A stretch of DNA of 64,000 nucleotides, from assembly GCA_030123585.1 (NCBI GenBank), contig CP126120.1, forward strand, positions 1,465,254-1,529,253. The letters run 5' to 3'. Positions within the stretch are counted from its first letter, which is position 1. Every line of letters begins with the position of its first letter. Source of the stretch: Rhodanobacteraceae bacterium. GTDB taxonomy: Bacteria > Pseudomonadota > Gammaproteobacteria > Xanthomonadales > Rhodanobacteraceae. The translations under genes were made by a program, and so were the position numbers. The notes below the pieces were generated by a model. That model did not search any database. It saw nothing but the letters and a program-made list of their open reading frames with translations, and had not been told where the DNA came from. Shown here piece by piece: positions 26,888 through 36,196 of the stretch.

Positions 26888-27838
26888 TCACAACCGAGCG
26901 GGTCTATGACGCTTTCTTGCATGCAACCCGTTGCGTATTCCGCTGATCAAACCTTGGGCCTGTTCAAAACGGCGGCGATCAAACGCCAAGTGCACCACTA
27001 AAACGATGAACAACTTCACGCTCGCCCATATCTTCCAAACGGTGGGCACATAATCGCTACCCATCAAGACGATGGCATTCCTCGCGAGAAAATAGTGTCG
27101 TTGTGGCGAACGCGATGGCCACACCCTCCAGCCGAACCACCAGAAGCGTACGCTTGACTGCCCCATGCGATGAACGAACACTGCGCTGGGGATGCCCCAA
27201 AGCGTGTAGCCAGATGCGAGTACGCGGAACGCCCATTCGGTATCCACGTGATCGATGAACAACGGTTCATCGAGTCCGTGGAGTTGCCTGAACAGGGAAA
27301 CAGGTACGAGAGTACCGCTACCGTTGAGGTTGGCGCACGGCACGGGCGCCGTCGATCCGATAGGTGGGTAGACGCGCTTCCAGCGCCAACGCGTGCACTG
27401 ATGGAACCCATGAGTGAGCCCAGTATCGGGGTCACGCAACAACGGACCGACGCAACCAACCTTCTCGCCCGCATGTTCCAGCGCTTCGAACGCGGCGATC
27501 AAGGATTCGACGCTGCCAGGTTGCGGCTCGCTGTCCTGGTCCAGCAGCAGCACGAAGCGTGGGGGCGCTGCAAGCTCCGACGCGGCATCCACACCGCGAT
27601 TGACGGCAGCTGCGAGGCCAATGTTGGAGTCGTTGCGCAACACACGCACATTTTCCACCCGGCTTGCCAGCGCTTCGATTTGCGCAACGAGTTCAGGCCG
27701 CGAGGCGTTGTCCACGATGAATTTGGTGCACGGTGCAGGCAGTGCCCGCAACTGTGTTTCCAGCAAGGCGATGTCGGGATTGAAGGAAACCGTGACCGTC
27801 GCCAAGGTTCTCACGTCCACCGAAGTCGTGGCGTTCAT
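26888..27838 (-). CDS. Family 2 glycosyltransferase (rhamnosyltransferase-like)
   Basis: VTVSFNPD..., VDNAS..., LLLDQDS, GSGTLV. ATGA overlap with the upstream methyltransferase. Confidence 0.75.
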   Translation of the reverse strand: MNATTSVDVRTLATVTVSFNPDIALLETQLRALPAPCTKFIVDNASRPELVAQIEALASRVENVRVLRNDSNIGLAAAVNRGVDAASELAAPPRFVLLLDQDSEPQPGSVESLIAAFEALEHAGEKVGCVGPLLRDPDTGLTHGFHQCTRWRWKRVYPPIGSTAPVPCANLNGSGTLVPVSLFRQLHGLDEPLFIDHVDTEWAFRVLASGYTLWGIPSAVFVHRMGQSSVRFWWFGWRVWPSRSPQRHYFLARNAIVLMGSDYVPTVWKIWASVKLFIVLVVHLAFDRRRFEQAQGLISGIRNGLHARKRHRPARL

Positions 27839-28575
27839 GCAGGCACGCACTCGATGCGGTAGATCAATGTAGGGATGATGCGTCTTAGCGGCGCCAGCAG
27901 CTCATCGGGCATCCGACGTAAAACACCTGCGCCGAACGATTGCGGATGTTCAATCTCGAATGTGGCACGCCATGCTTCGATACAGAGGTTTCGGTAACGG
28001 AATCCGGCCGCGGCCAGCATGCGTTCCAGTTGGCGCATCTGCAGGGGCTCGCAATCGTAGAACGTGCCTTTGCGCATCAGGCGCAGGTACGGCGTGCGCC
28101 ACGCGTGCGGCCACCAGCTCAGGAACTTCAGCTGGAAGTGCGGCTCGGTGAGCATCCAGCGGTTGGGGACGGCAAGGTAACCGACGCCATCGGGCTTCAT
28201 CACGCGATGGATTTCGGTGAGGTGCCGGTGCTGTGCGTCGGCATCGCCCACGTGTTCGATGACGTGGTTGGTGATCACGACATCAAAGCTGGCGTCGCCA
28301 AATGGAAGTTCAACGCCCTGTACCTGCTGGAACGCGTAACCTTCCCGCACTTGGCGGTTGTCGTAAACGTCCACCGCCGTCACGTCGCAACGCAAATTCG
28401 GGTGCGTACCAAACCAGTGCGCGATGCCGCCAGCACCCGTGCCGATTTCCAACAGGCGCATCGGTTGCGGGCGGCTCGCAAGATCGAGCAGGCGCGCGAT
28501 CTTCATGGCCTTCCAGTCGCGCGAAGGCAGGTCGAGTACGGCGTGGGCTTGGCGTGGGAGGATGTGCGTGCTCAT
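27835..28575 (-). CDS. Class I SAM-dependent methyltransferase
   Basis: LLEIGTGAGGIA motif I and DVVITNHVIEHVGD. This is only the C-terminal 246 aa of the 639-aa track ORF. The start makes an ATGA overlap with the GT4 stop. Confidence 0.8.
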   Translation of the reverse strand: MSTHILPRQAHAVLDLPSRDWKAMKIARLLDLASRPQPMRLLEIGTGAGGIAHWFGTHPNLRCDVTAVDVYDNRQVREGYAFQQVQGVELPFGDASFDVVITNHVIEHVGDADAQHRHLTEIHRVMKPDGVGYLAVPNRWMLTEPHFQLKFLSWWPHAWRTPYLRLMRKGTFYDCEPLQMRQLERMLAAAGFRYRNLCIEAWRATFEIEHPQSFGAGVLRRMPDELLAPLRRIIPTLIYRIECVPA

Positions 28576-30002
28576 CGTGCGACCGTTGGCTGTTCCGATG
28601 CGGCCAGCCGCAATTGTGCGACGATTTGCGAGCCGAATGCGGGCCACGCGAAACGCTGCGCGAAGGCGATGCAACTGGTGCGCATTGCATGATGCGCCAC
28701 GAGCGCACCCAGCGCGGCATCGGCAAACAGTGCGTAATCGCCGGGCGGCACGAGGTAACCGGACTGGCCTTCTTCCACGGCATCGACCACGCCGCCGGTG
28801 GCGAATGCGACGGTGGGCAGGCCATGCGCCGCGGCTTCCACGGCAACCATGCCGAAGCCTTCCGGATCGCCCGGAATCTCGCGCACCGGAAATACGTGCA
28901 CGTCGGCGGCGCGGTAGACGGTCCCGAGTTCCGCATAGTCGGTGATCGTGCCGAGGAAGCGCAGGTTGTCCGCAACGCCTGCCGTTGCTGCAGCGGTACG
29001 GATGCTGTCGGGGGTTTGCGCTTCGGCGTGCAGCGCTTCGTTCGGCGCATCGCCGACGATCAACAGCACGGCATCGGGCCGGACAGCGACGATGCGGGGG
29101 AGACATTGCGCGACGAATTCGCGCAGGCCCTTGCGGGCGGACAGGCGGCCGACGGAGAGCAGGATCGGGCGGCCGGCGAGGTTGTGGCGCTGGCGGAAGG
29201 CATTGGTCGGGCCTTCCGGCCCTCCTACAGACGTCGCCGCTCTCCTTGTAGGAGCGACGGATGTAGGAGCGGCGGAAGCCGCGACCGTGGAGCTGGCCAT
29301 GGACGGCATCCCGCCGCGGATCGGGCCTTCCGGCCCTCCTACAGACGTCGCCGCTCTCCTTGTAGGAGCGACGGATGTAGGAGCGGCGGAAGCCGCGACC
29401 GTGGAGCTCTTGGCCATGGACGGCATGTCGGTAGCCTTGCAATCGCCGTTCGGGCCTTCCGGCCCTCCTAGGGGGACGGTACGGTTCGGCAAATCGACGC
29501 CCGGATGCACGATGCCGATGCGCGCGGGATCGACGCCGATGCCGCGGCACAGCGCGGCGGTTGCGTGGCTGTTGGCGATCACGCGATCCATGCGGCGGAT
29601 GGCCGGCAGCCACAGCGCGCGATAAACCGGATGCCTTACCGCGATGTCGAGACCGTGCACATAGACGGCGGAGCGCGCGCGGCCAATGCGTGCGGCGGAT
29701 CGCGCCAGCGGCGCGGCGAGTCCGCTGCCGGCCAGCACGATGTCGGGCTTCCACTGTCTTGCTTCACGGCGAGCCAGGGAACGCGCACGCAGCAGGAATT
29801 TCCACAAGGGTTTCAACGGCGCTTCGCGCACGCTGACGCCGGCGGGTGCGAGTGCGGCGGAACCTTGCGGCCCGATGATGCGCACCTCGGCCACCTTCGC
29901 CAGTTCCTCCGCCATGTGCCAGTTGAGGCGCTCCATGCCGCCGACCAGCGGCGGCAGGTTGCGGGTGATGAGAAGAATGCGGGGACGGCGCGGCTCGGTC
30001 AT
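28572..30002 (-). CDS. GT4 (GT-B fold) glycosyltransferase with a ~260-bp in-frame repeat insertion in the inter-domain linker
   Basis: N-terminus ILLITRNLPPLVGGMERL. The C-domain has EGFGMVAVEAAAHGLPTVA (EX7E region). The insert encodes GGPEGP...SAAPTSVAPTRRAATSV twice. Confidence 0.8.
   Translation of the reverse strand: MTEPRRPRILLITRNLPPLVGGMERLNWHMAEELAKVAEVRIIGPQGSAALAPAGVSVREAPLKPLWKFLLRARSLARREARQWKPDIVLAGSGLAAPLARSAARIGRARSAVYVHGLDIAVRHPVYRALWLPAIRRMDRVIANSHATAALCRGIGVDPARIGIVHPGVDLPNRTVPLGGPEGPNGDCKATDMPSMAKSSTVAASAAPTSVAPTRRAATSVGGPEGPIRGGMPSMASSTVAASAAPTSVAPTRRAATSVGGPEGPTNAFRQRHNLAGRPILLSVGRLSARKGLREFVAQCLPRIVAVRPDAVLLIVGDAPNEALHAEAQTPDSIRTAAATAGVADNLRFLGTITDYAELGTVYRAADVHVFPVREIPGDPEGFGMVAVEAAAHGLPTVAFATGGVVDAVEEGQSGYLVPPGDYALFADAALGALVAHHAMRTSCIAFAQRFAWPAFGSQIVAQLRLAASEQPTVAR
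29207..29470. repeat. Family B composite units in tandem (repeat starts at 29207, 29321, 29450; periods 114 and 129 bp) inside the GT4 frame
   Basis: TCGGGCCTTCCGGCCCTCCTACAGACGTCGCC... repeated. Both periods are multiples of 3. Confidence 0.9.
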
Positions 30003-30042
30003 GAGCGCGCATGGTACTTGTGACTGATCGGACGGCACCGAT

Positions 30043-30243
30043 TCACCACAGGAGTTCCACGCCGAACTGGCGAAGCGCTCGATCCTTGCTGACCAAGGTC
30101 AGCTCCTCGATCTCGGCTTGTGCGACCAGCAAGCGATCGAAAACATTCGCGTGGGCGTTGGTGCTCAGCTCGTCGGGCTCGTCCACAGACCCAGGGAAAA
30201 CGCGCGGATTCAGCCGTAGCCTCACTTGTCGCGGCCTTCCCAC
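30043..30243 (-). pseudogene. Truncated PIN-domain toxin remnant
   Basis: Only the C-terminal ~35 aa (FDRLLVAQAEIEELTLVSKDRALRQFGVELLW) resemble VapC-type toxins. The ORF is 66 aa versus about 125-140 expected. Confidence 0.55.
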
Positions 30244-30461
30244 GCGGCGAGCTCATCTTCCGGCAGCGGGTCGAAGAAGCTTTTGTCCACATGGAACCCT
30301 TTCATGAAATCGGGCTTGCGTCTTGCCGGCGCCTTCAATGGCACCAGCCGCGCATACGGTTTGCCGGCTTTGCCCAGCACGATTTCTTCGCCGGCATGGG
30401 CCCTGTCGAGCAGGCGCGAGAAGTGGGCCTTGGCGTCGTGGACGTTGATGACTTCGGACAT
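30222..30461 (-). CDS. Phd/YefM family antitoxin
   Basis: MSEVINVHDAKAHFSRLLDRAHAGEEIVLGKAGKPYARLVPL. Confidence 0.8.
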   Translation of the reverse strand: MSEVINVHDAKAHFSRLLDRAHAGEEIVLGKAGKPYARLVPLKAPARRKPDFMKGFHVDKSFFDPLPEDELAAWEGRDK

Positions 30462-30518
30462 GGCGAAAGCTAGCCTACGCGGTAAACCAGATCAATCCGG
30501 TGGCGCGAGCCAGGCTCG

Positions 30519-31445
30519 TCACGCATCGCGCCGATACGTGAGCGAGGTGATCTGCTCGGAAACCAGTCCGATCAGGAAGATGATCACGGCGGCGCTCCAC
30601 AGCGCGGCGCTGACGAGGCTGAGGCGGTGGAATCCGAAGAAGGTATAGGCCCAATAAATCCAGCCCAGCACGAAGAACGCCACCGCGGTGGGGGTGAACA
30701 GTTTCAGCGGCGCATACAACGTGGCGATCTTGAAGATGATCAGCAGGAAGCGCACGCCGTCGCGCAGCGGCTTGATGTGGCTCTTGCCGACGCGCTCGGC
30801 GGCCTTGATGGGCACGTACGTCACCGGGTAGGCGCTGCGGAAGAACGCCATGGTGCTGGTGGTCGGATAGGAAAAGCCGTTGGGCAGCAGGTGGATGAAT
30901 TCGCGGAACTTGTCCGCGCGCACGGCGCGGAAACCGGAGGTGAGGTCGGCAACCGTGTGGCCGGTCATCTTCGAGGCCAGCCAGTTGTAGAAGCCGTTGG
31001 CGATGCCGCGGCCGACGCCGGCCTGGTCGCCCCAGCCGCGCGCGCCGACCACCATGTCGTAGCCTTCGTCGAGTTTGGCGAGCAGGCGCGGAATGTCAGC
31101 GGGGTCGTGCTGACCATCGGCGTCCATGAACACCAGCACGTCGCCCTTCGCCGCGCGCGCGCCGCGCTTGATCGCGGCACCGTTGCCCATCGAGTACGGC
31201 GTGCCGACACGGGTTGCGCCGTACTTCGCGCACAACGCGGCGGTGTCGTCGGTGGAACCGTCGTCGGACACGATGATTTCGGCGTCCGGTTGCGCCGCGC
31301 GCAGCTTCGGCAACAGCTCGGCGAGCGCGACGGCTTCGTTCTTGGCCGGCAGGATGATGCTGAGCAAGGCGTTCCCCTCGGGTTCGCGGCATCTTAGCGC
31401 AGGCGGCTGGCGGACCTGCACCAAAGACCGATTGACTCGCGCCAT
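30519..31445 (-). CDS. GT2 polyprenyl-phosphate glycosyltransferase (GtrB/ArnC/DPM1-like) with C-terminal TM helices
   Basis: LSIILPAKNE, VSDDGSTDDT, FMDADGQHDP, and two C-terminal hydrophobic helices. Start is uncertain. Confidence 0.75.
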   Translation of the reverse strand: MARVNRSLVQVRQPPALRCREPEGNALLSIILPAKNEAVALAELLPKLRAAQPDAEIIVSDDGSTDDTAALCAKYGATRVGTPYSMGNGAAIKRGARAAKGDVLVFMDADGQHDPADIPRLLAKLDEGYDMVVGARGWGDQAGVGRGIANGFYNWLASKMTGHTVADLTSGFRAVRADKFREFIHLLPNGFSYPTTSTMAFFRSAYPVTYVPIKAAERVGKSHIKPLRDGVRFLLIIFKIATLYAPLKLFTPTAVAFFVLGWIYWAYTFFGFHRLSLVSAALWSAAVIIFLIGLVSEQITSLTYRRDA

Positions 31446-31565
31446 CCATGGCGCTCGCCCTCCGGGCCATCGGCTACGCCGATGTTCGCTCCGGCATTCA
31501 TGTTCCGCAGTCGGGTTGCCGCGCCATGAAACCGGTGTGGTCCCCTTCCTGCAGGAGAACCGGCT

Positions 31566-31860
31566 GCAGGTGGGCCGGAAGGCCGGAGCGTCGCGGCTGC
31601 CGCCGCTCCTACAGAAGCTGGAGTAGGAGGGCCGGAAGGCCGGAGCGTCGCGGCTGCCGCCGCTCCTACAGAAGCTGGGGTAGGAGGGCCGGAAGGCCGG
31701 AGCGTCGCGGCTGCCGCCGCTCCTACAGAAGCTGGGGTAGGAGGGCCGGAAGGCCTGAGCGTCGCGGCTGCCGCCGCTCCTACAGAAGCTGGGGTAGGAG
31801 GGCCGGAAGGCCCGACGAATATGCGCGAACGTGTGTCGCGGCTTCCGCCGGTCTTACCGT
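31566..31860. repeat. 57-bp tandem array (about 5 units) of family B REP pairs
   Basis: GGGCCGGAAGGCC starts counted at 31572, 31629, 31686, 31743 and 31800. It lies between the divergent GT2 (30519..31445) and pilB. Confidence 0.9.
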
Positions 31861-32002
31861 CACTTCTACACCACTACCACGGCGTTGGCACGAATCCCGC
31901 ATCCACTCTGGATGAATTGAGACGCGGGTCTCGCACTGCCCTGCCCAATCGGGCGGTTTTGCGATACATTCGGCTTGTGAATCGGGGGTTTGGATCACTT
32001 TG

Positions 32003-33733
<1,731 letters not shown>

Positions 33734-33766
33734 CAACAACAGATGGAAAACGCGAATTTCAAGATC

Positions 33767-33852
33767 GTCGTCCCCGCGAAGGCGGGGACCCAGTGACTTT
33801 GAAGGCTTGAAAGCCGAAGACACTGGATTCCCGCCTGCTCGGGGATGACGAG
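33767..33852. repeat. Family D hairpin pair (GTCCCCGC-GAAG-GCGGGGAC ... ATTCCCGCCTGCTCGGGGAT)
   Basis: Lies between pilB and pilC. Related to 18350..18383. Confidence 0.7.
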
Positions 33853-33883
33853 CAAAAGCAACATCAAAACGGGGAACTGACCC

Positions 33884-35155
33884 ATGGCCACCGCCACCGT
33901 CGCAACCAAATCCAACGCCGGCAACGTCGGTGCCGCCCGCGCCGCGGTCAAGCAGTTGACCGTGTACGAGTGGACCGCGCTGGACAAGCGCGGCGTCAAG
34001 ATGAAGGGCGAGATGCAATCGCGCAACGCGAGCCTGGTCAAGGCCGAGCTGCGCCGCCAGGGCATGAACCCGCAGGCGGTGAAGGAAAAGCCCAAGCCGC
34101 TGTTCGGTTCGGCGGGTTCGCGCGTCAAGCCGCGCGACGTCGCCATCTTCAGCCGCCAGATCGCCACCATGATGGCGGCCGGCGTGCCGATGGTGCAGGC
34201 CTTCGAGATCATCGCCGGCGGCCAGCGCAACGTGCGCTTCAAGAACATGCTGACCGACGTCAAGCAGAACATCGAGGGCGGCTCGGCGCTGCACGAGGCG
34301 ATGGCGAAGTATCCGGTGCAGTTCGATGAGCTGTACCGCAACCTGGTGCGCGCGGGCGAATCCGCGGGCGTGCTCGACACCGTGCTGGACACGGTCGCGA
34401 CCTACAAGGAACGCATCGAAAGCATCAAGGGCAAGATCAAGAAGGCCCTGTTCTACCCCGCGATGGTGATGGTGGTGGCGTTCCTGGTGATGCTGGTCCT
34501 GCTGATATTCGTGGTGCCGGTGTTCCAGAACGTTTTCTCGAGCGCGGGCGTGGCGCTGCCGGCGTTCACGCAGATGGTCGTATCGATGTCGGAGTTCATG
34601 CAGAAATACTGGCTGCCGTTCCTCGCGGTGGTCATCATCGCGATCGTCGGCATCATCATGGCCTACAAGCGCTCGGAAAAAATGGCGCACACGGTGGACC
34701 GGATGTCCTTGAAGATTCCCGTCATCGGCAACATCCTGCGCCAGTCGGCGATCGCGCGTTTCGCGCGCACGCTGGGCGTCACCTTCCATGCCGGCGTGCC
34801 GCTGGTCGAGGCGCTGGATTCGGTGTCCGGCGCGACCGGCAGCGTGGTGTATGGGCAGGCGATCCGCAAGATGCGCGACGACGTCGCGGTCGGGCATCAG
34901 TTGCACCTCGCGATGGCGCAGACCAACCTGTTCCCGAACATGGTGACCCAGATGGTGTCGATCGGCGAGGAAGCCGGCGCGCTCGATTCGATGCTGTTCA
35001 AGGTGGCGGAGTTCTACGAGGAAGAGGTCAGCAATGCGGTGGACACCCTGTCCACTCTGCTGGAACCATTGATCATGGTGATCATCGGCATCCTGGTGGG
35101 CGGCATGGTGATCGCGCTGTACCTGCCGATCTTCAAGCTGGCCGGTACGTTCTGA
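33884..35155 (+). CDS. pilC: Type IV pilus platform protein PilC
   Basis: GspF/PilC family sequence throughout. GGGGA RBS. Confidence 0.95.
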   Translation: MATATVATKSNAGNVGAARAAVKQLTVYEWTALDKRGVKMKGEMQSRNASLVKAELRRQGMNPQAVKEKPKPLFGSAGSRVKPRDVAIFSRQIATMMAAGVPMVQAFEIIAGGQRNVRFKNMLTDVKQNIEGGSALHEAMAKYPVQFDELYRNLVRAGESAGVLDTVLDTVATYKERIESIKGKIKKALFYPAMVMVVAFLVMLVLLIFVVPVFQNVFSSAGVALPAFTQMVVSMSEFMQKYWLPFLAVVIIAIVGIIMAYKRSEKMAHTVDRMSLKIPVIGNILRQSAIARFARTLGVTFHAGVPLVEALDSVSGATGSVVYGQAIRKMRDDVAVGHQLHLAMAQTNLFPNMVTQMVSIGEEAGALDSMLFKVAEFYEEEVSNAVDTLSTLLEPLIMVIIGILVGGMVIALYLPIFKLAGTF

Positions 35156-35181
35156 GGTGACGAAACGAGCACGCGCTGCAA

Positions 35182-35267
35182 GTAGGTTGGGCTGAATGCA
35201 ATGAAGCCCAACGCGTTTAGCCGAGTCCTTGTTGGGCTTCGCGAGGAGCCCGCTCAGCCCAACCTAC
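35182..35267. repeat. Family C REP pair (GTAGGTTGGGCTGA ... CTCAGCCCAACCTAC)
   Basis: Inverted arms between pilC and pilD. Confidence 0.85.
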
Positions 35268-35286
35268 GAAGCCTTCGTCCGCTGTG

Positions 35287-36144
35287 ATGGCTGATCTGCC
35301 CTTCGCCTTCTGGATCGCCATGGCCGGCGTGCTCGGCCTGATCGTCGGCAGTTTTCTCAACGTGGTGATCCTGCGCCTGCCGGCGCGGATGGAATACTTC
35401 TGGAAGCGCGACGCGCGCGAGCTGCTGGAACTCGCGCCGGGCGACGAAGCCGCGCCGCCGGACCTTGCGCGCAAGGGCTCGCATTGCCCGCATTGCAAGC
35501 ATCCGCTGGCCGCGTGGGACAACATCCCGCTGCTGTCGTGGCTGCTGCTGCGCGGCCGTTGCCGCTACTGCAAGGAGCCGATCTCGATCCAGTATCCGCT
35601 GGTCGAATTGCTCACCGGCATCGCCAGCGCGGTGGTGGTGTGGAAGTTCGGCGTCACCTGGCAGGCGGCGGCCGGGCTGTTCTTCACCTGGACGCTGATC
35701 GCCGCCGCCGGCATCGACTTCCGCACGCAGCTGCTGCCCGACTCGCTGACGCTGCCGCTGCTGTGGCTGGGCCTGCTGGTTTCGCTGGTGCCGCTGTTCG
35801 TGCCCGCGCACGCCGCGCTGATCGGCGCGGCGGCGGGCTACCTCTCGCTGTGGGCGGTGTACTGGCTGTTCAAGCTCGCGACCGGCAAGGAAGGCATGGG
35901 CTACGGCGATTTCAAGCTGTTCGCGGTGGCCGGCGCGTGGATGGGCTGGACCGCGCTGCTGCCGATCATCATCATCGCCGCGCTGTCCGGCGCCGTCGTC
36001 GGGATCGTGATGTTGCGCGTGCGCGGGCAGGATCGCTCGGTGCCCTTCGCGTTCGGACCGTTCCTCGCCATCGCGATGTGGATCTGGCTGGTTGCGGGCG
36101 ACCCGATCCTTGCCGCCTACCTGCATTTCGCCGGTCTCCGTTGA
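35287..36144 (+). CDS. pilD: Prepilin peptidase / N-methyltransferase PilD
   Basis: CPHCKHPL...CRYCKEPI zinc-finger-like Cys pairs and GMGYGDFKL aspartyl-protease motif. Confidence 0.95.
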   Translation: MADLPFAFWIAMAGVLGLIVGSFLNVVILRLPARMEYFWKRDARELLELAPGDEAAPPDLARKGSHCPHCKHPLAAWDNIPLLSWLLLRGRCRYCKEPISIQYPLVELLTGIASAVVVWKFGVTWQAAAGLFFTWTLIAAAGIDFRTQLLPDSLTLPLLWLGLLVSLVPLFVPAHAALIGAAAGYLSLWAVYWLFKLATGKEGMGYGDFKLFAVAGAWMGWTALLPIIIIAALSGAVVGIVMLRVRGQDRSVPFAFGPFLAIAMWIWLVAGDPILAAYLHFAGLR

Positions 36145-36152
36145 ACAGGCAC

Positions 36153-36194
36153 GTTGGGCTTCACTCCGATGAAGCCGGAGCTCAGCCCAACCTA
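36153..36194. repeat. Family C REP unit
   Basis: GTTGGGCTTCACTCCGATGAAGCCGGAGCTCAGCCCAACCTAC. Confidence 0.8.
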
Positions 36195-36196
36195 CA

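Noticed and set aside
27835-29754. A 639-aa minus-strand ORF.
   Set aside because: Only the last 246 aa (27835..28575) form a methyltransferase. The upstream part is an alternative frame of the GT4 gene and of its REP insert.
31566-31860. The regularly spaced 57-bp repeats looked CRISPR-like at first glance.
   Set aside because: The whole 57-bp unit is repeated with no unique spacers. The unit is a family B REP hairpin pair found elsewhere in the window, and no cas genes or leader are present. It is a tandem REP array, not a CRISPR.
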